Origin: an uncultured Candidatus Cloacimonadota bacterium
GTDB lineage: Bacteria > Cloacimonadota > Cloacimonadia > Cloacimonadales > JAJBBL01
Reading direction: 5' to 3'
DNA: 64,000 nucleotides
Assembly: GCA_964464175.1 (NCBI GenBank)
Contig: CAYXFD010000015.1
Span: forward strand, 1,498-65,497
The notes under the pieces are model-generated. The model was not told where the DNA came from. It saw only the letters and a list, made by a program, of their open reading frames with translations, and did no database searches. Both the position numbers and the translations under genes were made by a program. Below are positions 1 to 10,470 of the stretch, one piece after another (the stretch's first letter is position 1; each line of letters starts with the position of its first letter).

Positions 1-96
1 GATTCCTATGATAATTGCCAGCAGGGTGAGCAAGGAGCGGAGTTTGTGGGCAAAGATGTTCAGTAAACTGCTTCTCAGGGAATCTACGAGATACAT
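1..96 (-). CDS. ABC transporter permease, MacB/FtsX family (N-terminal fragment, runs off window edge)
   Basis: Not in the ORF track. Manual translation from ATG at 96 gives MYLVDSLRSSLLNIFAHKLRSLLTLLAIIIGI, the typical 'KLRSxLTxLxIIIGI' N-terminus of MacB-type permeases. Starts 2 bp after the topA stop. Confidence 0.75.
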   Translation of the reverse strand, partial: MYLVDSLRSSLLNIFAHKLRSLLTLLAIIIGI

Positions 97-98
97 AA

Positions 99-2315
99 TC
101 AGGACATTTCTTTTTTACACTGGGAACATCTGATTATTTTGTCCGAACCGGATTTGCTTATCTCTTCCAGATACTCAGATCCGCAAGCGGGGCATTTTCC
201 GGAAACCGGTTTATAATACGAGCGGAATTTGCATTCCGGATAACGGGAACAGCTATAGTATTTTTTTCCTTTTTTACTGATATTTTCCGTGATCTCTCCT
301 GTCTTACATTCAGGACAGGTTATCCCAAGAGTTATTTTTTTGGTGAACTTACATTTAGGATAATTACTGCACCCTAAGAATTTTCCGAATCTTCCCTGTT
401 TAACGACGAGGGGTGCTCCGTCTTTCGGGCACTTTTCATCTGTTTCGGGCTGCTCTTCGATCTTGACACTCCCCTCTTCGGTTCGTTTAAAACTCTTCGT
501 ATTCTTGCATTGAGGGAAACCGGAACAGGCAAGAAACTGCCCTTTAGAACCCCATTTAACTATCATCGGTTTTCCGCATTTTTCGCAGAGCAGGTCGGTT
601 TCTTCCTGCAAATCCTGCTTTGATTTTTTGATATCAGTATCCTCAATCAAACCAGTGATCCTTGAGTAATAATCTTCGAGCAACATCTGCCAGTTCATCT
701 CACCTTCTGCAATACTGTCCAGCCCGTCTTCGAGTGTCTTAGTGAAGGTAACGTTGAAGAGAGTGTCAAAATTCCCGATGAGGAACTTATTCACCGTCAT
801 CCCTAATTCCGTCGTATAGAATTTTTTCTCTTTCAGGATTACATATTTCCTCTCCTGAATAGTACTGGTTATAGAGGAATATGTCGAAGGACGTCCGATC
901 CCTTTTGATTCCAGTTCTTTGATCAGAGAAGCCTCTGTGTACCGGGCAGGCGGTTTGGTAAAATGCTGCCAGCCCTTCAAATCTTTCGTTTCCAGCAGAT
1001 CATTTTCTGAGTAATCCTGATGAATTGTTTCTCCAAGATTAAGATTCAGATGCCTGTAAACGGCAAGAAAACCCTGTTCTCTGATCACCCCGCCGGTAGC
1101 TTTGAATAATCCTTCTCCCGCCTCGATCAGCACATTCACCGTATCGATCTCAACCGGGATCATCTGAGTGGCAACAGTCCTTTCCCAGATAAGGGTGTAG
1201 AGTTTCAGTTGTTCCGGTTTCAGATAAGATTTCAGAGATTCCGGGGTTCTGCTGATCTCTGTCGGTCTTATTGCTTCGTGGGCATCCTGGGCAGAACTTT
1301 TATTCTTGTAAGTACGCACCTTGGGATTGATCTTCTCTTTACCGAACCGTTCTCCGATCAAATTACGGGTAGTTTCCAGCGATTCCTGGGAAAGCCGCAG
1401 GGAATCTGTTCTCATGTAAGATATCAGAGCGATCGAATCTCCCTCTATCTCAACCCCTTCATACAATTGTTGGGCAATGTTCATAGTCCTTTTGGATGAA
1501 TAATTGTGTATCCGGGAGGCTTCCTGCTGCAGCGTGCTTGTAATGAAGGGAGGCAGGGGCTGCACTTTTCTTGAGGAGCTCTTTTTTTCCCTTATTTTAA
1601 AGGTGCTTTTCTGCAGAGCCCGGACAATCTCCTCTGCCTCTTTTCCGGTTGCCAGCTCAACCTTTTTACCCTGCCACTTATGCAGGATACTATGAAAAGG
1701 GGGTAGTTTGTCTTTGAAAAAATCTGCCTCAACAGTCCAGTATTCTTGCTGCTTAAAGGCAGCTATCTCCTCTTCCCGTTCACAGATCAATCTCAGGGCA
1801 ACCGATTGCACTCTCCCGGCACTGAGCCGGGTAGTAATTACTTTCCAGAGCAAGGGGCTGATCTTATAACCGACCAGACGGTCTAACAACCGCCGTGCCT
1901 GCTGGGCATCCACCTTATTCTGGTCTATCTTACCCGGATTCTCCAAAGCCTGGATCACTGCTTTTTTTGTTATTTCATTGAAGGTTATCCGGTAGATATT
2001 TTTATCTCCGGTAACATCCTTCAGAGCATAGACAAGGTGCCAGGCAATTGCCTCTCCCTCCCGGTCATGGTCGGAAGCTAAAAAGATGGCATCATTATTA
2101 GCTGCTGAGGTTTTTAATTCTTTGATGATCTTCAGTTTGGATCGTTCAATTGTATATTGAGGCTGAAAACCGTCTTCTATCTTGATTCCCAGAGTATTCT
2201 TCGGCAGATCTCTGATATGTCCCATTGAAGCTTTTATCTCATAACTGTTACCCAGGAATTTACTCAAAGTCCTGGCTTTCGTTGGTGATTCGACTATTAT
2301 TAATCCCTTTCCCAT
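99..2315 (-). CDS. topA: DNA topoisomerase I with C-terminal Zn-ribbon repeats
   Basis: TOPRIM 'IVESPTKA', 'ASDHDREGEAIAWH', 'LSAGRVQS', catalytic 'ISYMRTDS', multiple C4 zinc ribbons. Confidence 0.98.
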   Translation of the reverse strand: MGKGLIIVESPTKARTLSKFLGNSYEIKASMGHIRDLPKNTLGIKIEDGFQPQYTIERSKLKIIKELKTSAANNDAIFLASDHDREGEAIAWHLVYALKDVTGDKNIYRITFNEITKKAVIQALENPGKIDQNKVDAQQARRLLDRLVGYKISPLLWKVITTRLSAGRVQSVALRLICEREEEIAAFKQQEYWTVEADFFKDKLPPFHSILHKWQGKKVELATGKEAEEIVRALQKSTFKIREKKSSSRKVQPLPPFITSTLQQEASRIHNYSSKRTMNIAQQLYEGVEIEGDSIALISYMRTDSLRLSQESLETTRNLIGERFGKEKINPKVRTYKNKSSAQDAHEAIRPTEISRTPESLKSYLKPEQLKLYTLIWERTVATQMIPVEIDTVNVLIEAGEGLFKATGGVIREQGFLAVYRHLNLNLGETIHQDYSENDLLETKDLKGWQHFTKPPARYTEASLIKELESKGIGRPSTYSSITSTIQERKYVILKEKKFYTTELGMTVNKFLIGNFDTLFNVTFTKTLEDGLDSIAEGEMNWQMLLEDYYSRITGLIEDTDIKKSKQDLQEETDLLCEKCGKPMIVKWGSKGQFLACSGFPQCKNTKSFKRTEEGSVKIEEQPETDEKCPKDGAPLVVKQGRFGKFLGCSNYPKCKFTKKITLGITCPECKTGEITENISKKGKKYYSCSRYPECKFRSYYKPVSGKCPACGSEYLEEISKSGSDKIIRCSQCKKEMS

Positions 2316-2335
2316 TCTCCTTCCTGTTTCACTTT

Positions 2336-2725
2336 TTAATTTATCAAATCGAGTTCACAAAGCTCATCTTCACACTCCCTGAACAGGGAAACAAAATCCA
2401 TATTACGCAAAGAAGCACCGTCAAAGAAGAGCAGCATATCAACGATCTTCTTGGTTCGTTCCAGAGACAATCTCTCCTTTTCGTAATAAGCAATGGAAAG
2501 ACTGTAATCAATGAATTTTTCCAATTTAACACTGTCAATTGTTCCTATCTGATAAAGACTCAAAAGATAGCCAAAAGATTCCGTATCCAGCAATTTCTTC
2601 TCATCAGGTGTGAGGATGCGGTTGTAAGCCCTTTTGAAAAAATCTCTCCCTTCGGGTAAAGACTCCAGACCGAGTTTCTCGATCAAACGTCTTATCCCCT
2701 CTTCATAGCCATTTATATCTTTCAT
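2336..2725 (-). CDS. DUF494/Smg-like protein (short form)
   Basis: 'RILTPDEKKLLDTESFGYLLSLYQIG' resembles the DUF494 C-terminal half; smg-topA adjacency is a known conserved arrangement. Confidence 0.6.
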   Translation of the reverse strand: MKDINGYEEGIRRLIEKLGLESLPEGRDFFKRAYNRILTPDEKKLLDTESFGYLLSLYQIGTIDSVKLEKFIDYSLSIAYYEKERLSLERTKKIVDMLLFFDGASLRNMDFVSLFRECEDELCELDLIN

Positions 2726-2887
2726 TGTTATGTTAATCCTTCACTGTTTCTTCTGTTTATCTAATATAACCGAAACTTTGGAAAACGATACAAAATAATA
2801 CGGAATTTACGTCAAGTTATTGGATTATTTAGTCCAATTCTATCCTTCAGAAAACGGTCTGTTAACCCGTTTATCCGGTTCTCAGCA

Positions 2888-5800
2888 TCATTGATTTGTA
2901 ACAGCACCGCAGCACTTTTTAAACTTCTTGCCGCTGCCGCAGGGACAGGGATCATTCCTGCCGACCTTGTTCTCTACTCTTCTCGGGGTGATTTTTTCAG
3001 GTTGCTGCTGAGCTGAGGAATACTTTTCTCCCTGAGGTATGATCTCGGCACTGTCATAGTGAAACGCCGAAATATCGGTATGAGTTGTGCGTGCTTTGGC
3101 CAGAAGATCTTCCAGTTCGGCGCGGGAAGATATGAAATGCACGGTAAAAACTCTTTTAGTAACACTATCCTGGATATTGCTGATCAGATTCTGGAAAAGG
3201 ACAAAACTCTCTTTTTTATATTCGATAAGCGGATCTTTGTTGGCATAAGCACGGAATCCTACCCCCTCCTTGAGCAGATCCATTTCATGTAAATGATCCC
3301 GCCAATGAGAGTCAACTACCTGCAGCAGTGAGAGGCGTTCCACTTTACGGAGTTGTTCTTCACCCAGATCCTCTTCCCTTTTTTGGTAAGCCTTGAAGAC
3401 TATTTCTTCGACATTTGCTTTCAGAATCTCCAGGTTCAGATAGTCACTCAGCAGATCCTCTTCTTTGATCACGATCCCGAGATTCAGCTTCAGCCACTGC
3501 ACGATCTTATCGTAACTCCAGTCTTCCTGGTACTCATGCATACTGATAAAACTATCTATCATCCGGTTGATACTCTCTTTGATCATCTCCATGATCTCGA
3601 ACTTCAGGTCATAGCCTTTCAGAACGCTTCTCCGGTATTTATAGATAACTTCCCGCTGCTGATTCATAACTTCATCATATTTCAGCAGCTGTTTCCTGAT
3701 CTCGAAATTATGAGCCTCTACCCTCTTCTGCGCCTTTTCGACGGCATTAGTCATCCAGGGATGGGTGATGGCATCACCCTCTTTGAGACCCAGCTTGGTC
3801 ATCATGGCAGCTATTCTGTCCGATCCGAACAATCTCATCAGATCATCCTCTAAAGAGAGATAGAATCTGGAAGTTCCAGGGTCTCCCTGCCTTCCTGTCC
3901 TACCTCTGAGCTGCCGGTCAATACGGCGGCTTTCATGCCTTTCGGTACCGATAACATGCAAACCGTCTTCCGGGATACCATAAGGATTTCCTTCCGAGAT
4001 ATGGTAGGACATTTTGCGGTATTCCTCCTGAGGAAGAGTTATAACCCCGTTACCGAGTTTGATATCCGTTCCTCTTCCCGCCATATTCGTGGCAATGGTC
4101 AAAGCTCCCGGCTCTCCGGCATTCATGACGATATCGGCTTCCTTTTCGTGATGCTTGGCATTGAGGACATTGTGTTTTACCCCTCTTCTGTTCAAAAGCC
4201 TGCTCAGGGTCTCGGAGACTTCAACGGAAACCGTGCCTACTAACACTGGTTTTTGCTTTTCATGCCAGTATATGATCTCCTTAATAATAGCATCATATTT
4301 CTGCTTTTTGGTCAGATAGATCATATCATCGTAGTCTATTCTGGTGATGGGAAGGTTCGTAGGAATTACCATAACAGAGAGTTTATAGATCTCCATGAAC
4401 TCGGTCTCTTCCGTAACTGCCGTACCGGTCATTCCTGCTATCTTATCGTACATCCGGAAGTAGTTCTGCAGGGTGATGGTTGCCAGGGTTTGAGTAGCCC
4501 CTTCGATCTTGACCCCCTCTTTTGCTTCCAGAGCCTGATGCAGACCATCACTGAAACGTCTTCCGGGCATCATTCTTCCGGTAAACTCATCAACAATGAT
4601 AACCTGGTTGTTTACAACTACATAATCGACATCCCGCTCAAAAAGAGAATAACTCTTCAGCAGTTGGGAGATGTTATGGAGTCTTTCATTCTTGTCCAGG
4701 AACTCCGATGTTATCTCTTCTTTCCGTTTCATCTTTTGTTCCAGAGAAAGGTCTTCCCGCTGTTCCAGTTTATCTATCAGATCATCAAGCTGGTCCATAA
4801 TGAAAAGGGAAGGATCGCTTTTGGACAGCTCTTCCCGTCCTTTATCACAAAGATCGGCACTATTACTCCTTTCTTCGATAACGTAGAATAACTCCTCATC
4901 GAGAATGTGCATCTTCTTATCGCGGAGATAGATCCCCTCCATATCATTCACCAGCTTCTTCAAACTGCTGTCTTTCATCAGTTTCTGAAACGGTTTGTTC
5001 CTGGGGGCTGCTCTCTTGACCAGGAGCATCTTTCTCCCCAATTCTTCCCAGTTAGGATTCTCTGCTTCCTGCATCCTCCTGATCTCTGACATATAACGGT
5101 TAACTAATGCCGTCTGGGCATAGACCAATTTCGCTATCTGCGGTTTTAACTCCGAATAGAAATTCTTACTTTCAGCTACCGGACCGCTAATGATCAAAGG
5201 AGTTCTTGCTTCATCGATCAATACACTGTCAACTTCGTCAATTATTGCAAAATAGAGATCTCTCTGCACTAAGTGTTCCGCCTGAGAAGCCATATTATCA
5301 CGGAGATAATCAAAACCGAATTCGCTGTTGGTTCCGTAGGTAATATCTGCCTCATAAGCTGCTTTTCGTTCACTAAAATGCATTCCGGTAGTGACCACGC
5401 TGACCCTCATACCATGAAAATCAAAGATCGGCTTCATCCATTCCGAGTCTCGCTGAGCGAGATAATCATTTACCGTTATCAGATGTACCCCAAGTCCGGT
5501 AAGGGCATTAAGAAATAAGGGCATAGTCGCTACCAGTGTTTTACCTTCACCGGTTGCCATCTCGGCAATCATCCCCTGGTGTAGAGCGATCGCCCCGATT
5601 AATTGAACATCAAAGGGGATCATGAACCAGGACTCCTGATGCCCTCTCACCTCATATTCTGTTCCGACAAGACGGCGGCAGGTATCTTTGACAATGGCAA
5701 AGACCTCGGGCAGATACTGATCAAGTATCTGCTGACGAATCTCTTTTAACTCTTCCGTCTTCCGGTCAATCTCATTCTCTAACCTATCCTTTTCACCCTC

Positions 5801-6031
5801 TTCATGTTCTTTCTGAAAATGATCCCGCAGTTCGTTCAGATTGCTGATATAGGGTTCCAGGTAATCTTTTAACTCCTTTCGGATATCATTGACCCGTTCC
5901 CGCAGTTCCTCATCACTGATCTTTTCCAGGGAATCCGTTTTTTCCTTTATTCTTTCCAGAATAGGCTCGATTTTCTTGTAATCACGTACATTTTTATCAC
6001 CGAACATCTTTTTGAGTAATTTTTCTAACAT
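2888..6031 (-). CDS. secA: Preprotein translocase ATPase SecA
   Basis: 'MATGEGKTL', 'IIDEVDS', 'TNMAGRGTDI', 'QLRGRTGRQGDPG', C-terminal SEC-C 'RNDPCPCGSGKKFKKCC'. The ORF track starts at 6088; ATG at 6031 (MLEKLLKKMFG, GAGGT upstream) is preferred. Confidence 0.98.
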   Translation of the reverse strand: MLEKLLKKMFGDKNVRDYKKIEPILERIKEKTDSLEKISDEELRERVNDIRKELKDYLEPYISNLNELRDHFQKEHEEGEKDRLENEIDRKTEELKEIRQQILDQYLPEVFAIVKDTCRRLVGTEYEVRGHQESWFMIPFDVQLIGAIALHQGMIAEMATGEGKTLVATMPLFLNALTGLGVHLITVNDYLAQRDSEWMKPIFDFHGMRVSVVTTGMHFSERKAAYEADITYGTNSEFGFDYLRDNMASQAEHLVQRDLYFAIIDEVDSVLIDEARTPLIISGPVAESKNFYSELKPQIAKLVYAQTALVNRYMSEIRRMQEAENPNWEELGRKMLLVKRAAPRNKPFQKLMKDSSLKKLVNDMEGIYLRDKKMHILDEELFYVIEERSNSADLCDKGREELSKSDPSLFIMDQLDDLIDKLEQREDLSLEQKMKRKEEITSEFLDKNERLHNISQLLKSYSLFERDVDYVVVNNQVIIVDEFTGRMMPGRRFSDGLHQALEAKEGVKIEGATQTLATITLQNYFRMYDKIAGMTGTAVTEETEFMEIYKLSVMVIPTNLPITRIDYDDMIYLTKKQKYDAIIKEIIYWHEKQKPVLVGTVSVEVSETLSRLLNRRGVKHNVLNAKHHEKEADIVMNAGEPGALTIATNMAGRGTDIKLGNGVITLPQEEYRKMSYHISEGNPYGIPEDGLHVIGTERHESRRIDRQLRGRTGRQGDPGTSRFYLSLEDDLMRLFGSDRIAAMMTKLGLKEGDAITHPWMTNAVEKAQKRVEAHNFEIRKQLLKYDEVMNQQREVIYKYRRSVLKGYDLKFEIMEMIKESINRMIDSFISMHEYQEDWSYDKIVQWLKLNLGIVIKEEDLLSDYLNLEILKANVEEIVFKAYQKREEDLGEEQLRKVERLSLLQVVDSHWRDHLHEMDLLKEGVGFRAYANKDPLIEYKKESFVLFQNLISNIQDSVTKRVFTVHFISSRAELEDLLAKARTTHTDISAFHYDSAEIIPQGEKYSSAQQQPEKITPRRVENKVGRNDPCPCGSGKKFKKCCGAVTNQ

Positions 6032-6253
6032 GGGCTCTCTTACCTCTCTCTCTGTCATAGTTTTTGTTTCAGGTTGAGTGTCAATCATTTTCGGGAGAGA
6101 GAAATTCTCATCTTTGCCGGGAAAACCTGCTCAATAATACATTTTTGTTGCCCTTAAAAACTCATTTTCAAAGGAAGAATAATAAAAAACAAATGATTTG
6201 ACAGGAATGACTTACATTATCACATAGAGAGGAAAAAAACGAGGAGCAAGGAT

Positions 6254-6832
6254 ATGATCAAAGACCTGATTATTAGAAACCGCAGTTACCGCCGCTTTTA
6301 TCAGAAAGAAGCAATCGGAGCAGATGTAATGCTGGATATGATAGATTGTGCCCGCAATTCAGCTTCAGCAGCAAATCTACAGCCTTTGAGATATCTCATT
6401 ACAGATAACGACACTACCAACAGGACTGTCTTTTCCTGCCTCCGCTGGGCTGGTTATCTATCTGACTGGCAGGGACCGGAAGAGGGTGAAAAACCTTCCG
6501 GTTATATCGTCATTCTGGGGATTCGTGGCCATGAGAAAAACTCCCATTACGATGCCGGCATAGCAGTACAGTCAATGCTTTTAAAAGCTGTTGAGACCGG
6601 CTGGGGTGGCTGTATTTTTGCCGCCATAGATAGGGAGAGATTAGCTCGTGAACTGGGAATCCCGAAGAAGATGGAAATCCTTCTCGTTCTGGCTTTAGGA
6701 AAACCGAAAGAAAAAGTAATTCTGCATGACATTGATGAGCAAGACGATATCAGATACTGGCGTGATCAGGAAGGGGTTCATCATGTTCCCAAAAGAAGAC
6801 TGAAAGACATAGTTATCAGAATTGACAGCTGA
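6254..6832 (+). CDS. Nitroreductase family protein
   Basis: 'RNRSYRRF', 'SASAANLQPLRY', 'GWGGCIF', 'VHHVPKR'. Confidence 0.9.
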   Translation: MIKDLIIRNRSYRRFYQKEAIGADVMLDMIDCARNSASAANLQPLRYLITDNDTTNRTVFSCLRWAGYLSDWQGPEEGEKPSGYIVILGIRGHEKNSHYDAGIAVQSMLLKAVETGWGGCIFAAIDRERLARELGIPKKMEILLVLALGKPKEKVILHDIDEQDDIRYWRDQEGVHHVPKRRLKDIVIRIDS

Positions 6833-6869
6833 AACATGCAGCAGCCGTGTCTGATCAGGTTCCTTTCCG

Positions 6870-8435
6870 ATGTATTTCTCCTATAAAAAACTGATACTCA
6901 TAACACTGATCCTGATAGTGCTCATCATCTATTTGAAAATGGATGAGCCATTTCTTGAGGGGAACAGCCGGAGGATGCTCAATAGTTCTCTCCGGATAAT
7001 CTGGGGTTTGACCGTTCTGACGGTGATATTTGTCCTGATCATGGAAAACCGCAGCCCCTCCAAAACTCTATCCTGGATACTGATCCTCTTTTTCCTTCCT
7101 GTGGCAGGTATTATCCTCTATCTTGTTTTCGGGAGAAATTTCCGCAAAAAGAGGATTTACACGAGAAAGGAATTCAGTGATTATGAAAAGTTGCGACAGA
7201 TAAATAAGATCGAGGATGAGGGTCTCTTAGGCGATAAGGTAGATCCCGGTACTGATCTGAAAAGAAATTATGATGCTTCCGGTCCGGCAACAGTCTTGAT
7301 CAACAGGTTACTGGAAAACAATAACAAAGCCTTTCTGAGCTATCACAACCGAATACATATCTACCGGGACGGAAAAGAGGTCTTTGCCGAATTGTGCGAA
7401 AGCATTGACCGGGCGGTTAAGAGTATTCATCTGCAATTCTTCGTCGTAAAGGGAGATGAAACGGGACAAATACTCAAAAGGCTGCTCATAAAAAAGGCTC
7501 AGTCGGGGGTCTCGGTCAGATTATTGTATGATGCAGTCGGAAGCTGGAACATCGGGAAGCGTTTTGTGAAAGATCTGATTGCAGGCGGAGTTAATGCAGT
7601 TCCCTTTTCGCCGGTTGAATTTCCCTTTATCAGCAGTAAAATGAACTACCGCAACCATAGAAAAATCGCGGTTATCGACGGAAAAACCGGATTTTTAGGC
7701 GGTGTTAACATTGCCGACAGATATCTGCACAAAGATAAATATTTCGGTTACTGGAGAGATACTCATCTGAAAATCGAAGGGGAGGCGGTTAGTCCTCTTC
7801 AGGCTATCTTTCTCAATGACTGGTCATTTGCCACAGATGAAGATCTCTTCCGAAAAGAGTTCTTTTCACCCCAAGAAGTTGAGTCGATCAATCCTTTGCA
7901 GATAATCTCCAGCGGACCGGATTCCGATTGGGAGAGCATTATGCAGGGGTATTTTGCTATGATCTCAACCGCAGCGGAGAACATCAATATTGTCTCTCCC
8001 TATCTGGTTTTGAATGAGAGCATGCTCACAGCGGTCAAGGTCTCGGCTCTGAGCGGGGTCAGAGTACGGCTGATAGTTCCCTGTAAACCTGATCATCATC
8101 TGGTTTATTGGGCTTCCAGATCATACTATCAGGAATTAATGGAAGCAGGGGTGGAGATTTACGAATACCGTAAAGGGTTTATCCACTCCAAGTATATTAC
8201 TGTTGACGGATATCTGGCTTCCATTGGTTCGGCAAATATGGATATTCGCAGCTTTACCCAAAATATGGAGGTTAATGCTTTCCTGTTCAGTAAAGACTTG
8301 ACTGAGAAGTTGAACGAGATATTTGAAGAGGACCTGCAGAACAGTGAACAGATAATTCTTGAGGAATATCATAACAGAGGTTATTATATCAGAATAAAAG
8401 AGTCTTTCAACCGGCTCTTTTCCCCTGTTTTATAA
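6870..8435 (+). CDS. cls: Cardiolipin synthase
   Basis: N-terminal TM helices plus PLDc_N, and two HKD motifs ('RNHRKIAVIDG', 'FIHSKYITVDG'). Confidence 0.95.
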   Translation: MYFSYKKLILITLILIVLIIYLKMDEPFLEGNSRRMLNSSLRIIWGLTVLTVIFVLIMENRSPSKTLSWILILFFLPVAGIILYLVFGRNFRKKRIYTRKEFSDYEKLRQINKIEDEGLLGDKVDPGTDLKRNYDASGPATVLINRLLENNNKAFLSYHNRIHIYRDGKEVFAELCESIDRAVKSIHLQFFVVKGDETGQILKRLLIKKAQSGVSVRLLYDAVGSWNIGKRFVKDLIAGGVNAVPFSPVEFPFISSKMNYRNHRKIAVIDGKTGFLGGVNIADRYLHKDKYFGYWRDTHLKIEGEAVSPLQAIFLNDWSFATDEDLFRKEFFSPQEVESINPLQIISSGPDSDWESIMQGYFAMISTAAENINIVSPYLVLNESMLTAVKVSALSGVRVRLIVPCKPDHHLVYWASRSYYQELMEAGVEIYEYRKGFIHSKYITVDGYLASIGSANMDIRSFTQNMEVNAFLFSKDLTEKLNEIFEEDLQNSEQIILEEYHNRGYYIRIKESFNRLFSPVL

Positions 8436-8452
8436 ACAATTAAGGAGTGAGA

Positions 8453-9526
8453 ATGTACCGATTTCGTAAGGATCTTGAAAATAAAGAAGCTGTGCAGTTA
8501 CAGGTGCCCAGAAAAAGAATAATGATGTCTCTCAATGAGAGTTCCCTAAATCCCCTGGGATTGATCATGGAGAATTTTCAGAATAATCTGAGTTCTGTTT
8601 CTCTGAACCGCTATTTCAGCAGTATCACCGATAAGCTTATGGAAAGCCTGCAAGATTACATCGGCTACGGGATAAGCAAGGAAGAAATACTGGTGGGGAA
8701 CGGTGCAGATCAGATGCTCTTTTATCTCTTCCTTTCTTTGCGGGATAAAGGAGAGAATTTCGCCCTTTCCTTAGCCCCCTCCTACTTTGATTACTCCAGT
8801 TATTCTTCAACTGTCGGTTTAGGATTTCAGACTTTAACACTAAACAAGGACTTTGATTTTTCGCCCCAGGAATTTCTGGCAAAGGGAGATGATGAAAACT
8901 GCCGCTTGCTGATCATCTGTTATCCCAATAATCCCACCGGTAACCTGTTTCCGGAAGAGAAGATCCTAAAAGTTATCAAGAAGAGTGCGGTTCCGGTTTT
9001 ACTCGATGAAACATATTACGAGTTCAGCGGTAAAACATTCATGGATAAGATCGCCGATTTCGACAATCTGATTATTCTTCGTTCTTTTTCCAAGTCATTC
9101 TCTTCGGCAGGAGTGAGATTCGGGTATCTGGTTTCTGCTGAGAAAAATATCCGCGAGATCAGAAAAGTATTTCTCGCCTCGAATTTGAGTCTGCTTGTTC
9201 AAACTTTTGCCTATTCTCTGCTTGAGAAGAGAGATCTATTTCTGGAACATAACAAAAACGTTATGGAACTGAGAAATAAGCTCTTCCAGCAGCTCAATGC
9301 CCTTGATGAGGTTACGGTTTATCCCTCGGAGACAAATTTCCTTATCTTCTCCGCCGGCAAAAAAACACAGGAACTTTTTGAATATCTGGGCAAGAATGAT
9401 ATCTCTGTCAGAAGTATGCACAAACTCCCTCTCCTGGAAAACCATCTGCGGGTAACGGTCAGCACAGAAGCCGATAATAACTACTTTCTCGAAAAACTGC
9501 AGGAGTTCATCACGAAACAGAACTAA
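8453..9526 (+). CDS. hisC: Histidinol-phosphate aminotransferase family (PLP class I/II)
   Basis: 'GNGADQ', 'CYPNNPTGN', 'LDETYYEF', PLP-Lys 'RSFSKSFSSAGVRFGY', 'LRVTVS'. ATG at 8453 follows an AAGGAG SD (ORF track starts at 8447). Confidence 0.8.
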   Translation: MYRFRKDLENKEAVQLQVPRKRIMMSLNESSLNPLGLIMENFQNNLSSVSLNRYFSSITDKLMESLQDYIGYGISKEEILVGNGADQMLFYLFLSLRDKGENFALSLAPSYFDYSSYSSTVGLGFQTLTLNKDFDFSPQEFLAKGDDENCRLLIICYPNNPTGNLFPEEKILKVIKKSAVPVLLDETYYEFSGKTFMDKIADFDNLIILRSFSKSFSSAGVRFGYLVSAEKNIREIRKVFLASNLSLLVQTFAYSLLEKRDLFLEHNKNVMELRNKLFQQLNALDEVTVYPSETNFLIFSAGKKTQELFEYLGKNDISVRSMHKLPLLENHLRVTVSTEADNNYFLEKLQEFITKQN

Positions 9527-9619
9527 GATAAACCTGCTGGGAAGAGCTAATCAGTCAGATAAATAATCAATACCAATCCGGAATAACTAACGAAAAAAGA
9601 AGATAGAAGAGGTAAAAAA

Positions 9620-10465
9620 ATGAATTTAGGAGCCCACATTTCAATTGCTAACGGGATCGATCTAATTTTCGAAAGAGCAGATAAAGTGACGGCTAATGCC
9701 CTGCAGATTTTCGTTACCAATCAGAATCAATGGTCAACCAGAGAACCTAAACCGGATGAGACAGAGCGGTTTTTTCTGAACAGGCAGCAGCACAACCCTT
9801 TTACCATAATAGCTCATAGCCGCTATCTCATTAATCTCTGCACCCCCGACCCTGAAAAGGAACAAAAATCAATAAACGCCTTTTATGAAGAGCTGCAGCT
9901 CTGCGAACGACTGGAAATCCCTTATCTCGTTCTCCATCCCGGTTCTTATCTTGACCGGGATGAAGAATGGGGTCTGAACAAGATAATTGAGAACCTTGAT
10001 CTGATCATCGGAAAATTCGAACAGCTCAAAACTGTTGTTCTGCTGGAAACCACTGCAGGACAGGGCACTAATCTCGGTTATAAATTCGAACAGCTCAATT
10101 ACCTGATAAAAAACTCCCGTTATCCTCAGAACCTGGCGGTCTGTTTTGATACCTGTCACGCTTTTGCAGCCGGTTATGATCTCAAAGATTCTTATGAAAA
10201 GGTTTTTGAAGAATTTGACCGGATCATCGGGACTGAAATGATCAAGGCATTTCATTTGAATGACAGCAAAAAAGGGTTAGGAGCTAAAGTTGACCGCCAT
10301 GAGCATATCGGTAAAGGAGATTTGGGAATCAAGCCTTTCGAAAAACTGGTCAATGATACCCGGTTCGAGAAAACCCCGATGATCCTGGAGACCCCCAAAG
10401 GAGAGAATGACGAGATGGATATCGTTAACCTTAAGACCCTGCGAGACCTGAGAAAGAGAGGATAG
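9620..10465 (+). CDS. nfo: Endonuclease IV (AP endonuclease 2)
   Basis: 'LGAHISIA', 'VLHPGS', 'LETTAGQG', 'CFDTCHAF', 'HLNDSK', 'DRHEHIG', 'ILETP'. Confidence 0.96.
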   Translation: MNLGAHISIANGIDLIFERADKVTANALQIFVTNQNQWSTREPKPDETERFFLNRQQHNPFTIIAHSRYLINLCTPDPEKEQKSINAFYEELQLCERLEIPYLVLHPGSYLDRDEEWGLNKIIENLDLIIGKFEQLKTVVLLETTAGQGTNLGYKFEQLNYLIKNSRYPQNLAVCFDTCHAFAAGYDLKDSYEKVFEEFDRIIGTEMIKAFHLNDSKKGLGAKVDRHEHIGKGDLGIKPFEKLVNDTRFEKTPMILETPKGENDEMDIVNLKTLRDLRKRG

Positions 10466-10470
10466 TCTGT

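Noticed and set aside
4600-5900. Long insertions in SecA as an intein or mobile element
   Set aside because: No intein termini (Cys/Ser start, His-Asn end) or LAGLIDADG motif; helical insertions of this kind are typical of FCB-group SecA.
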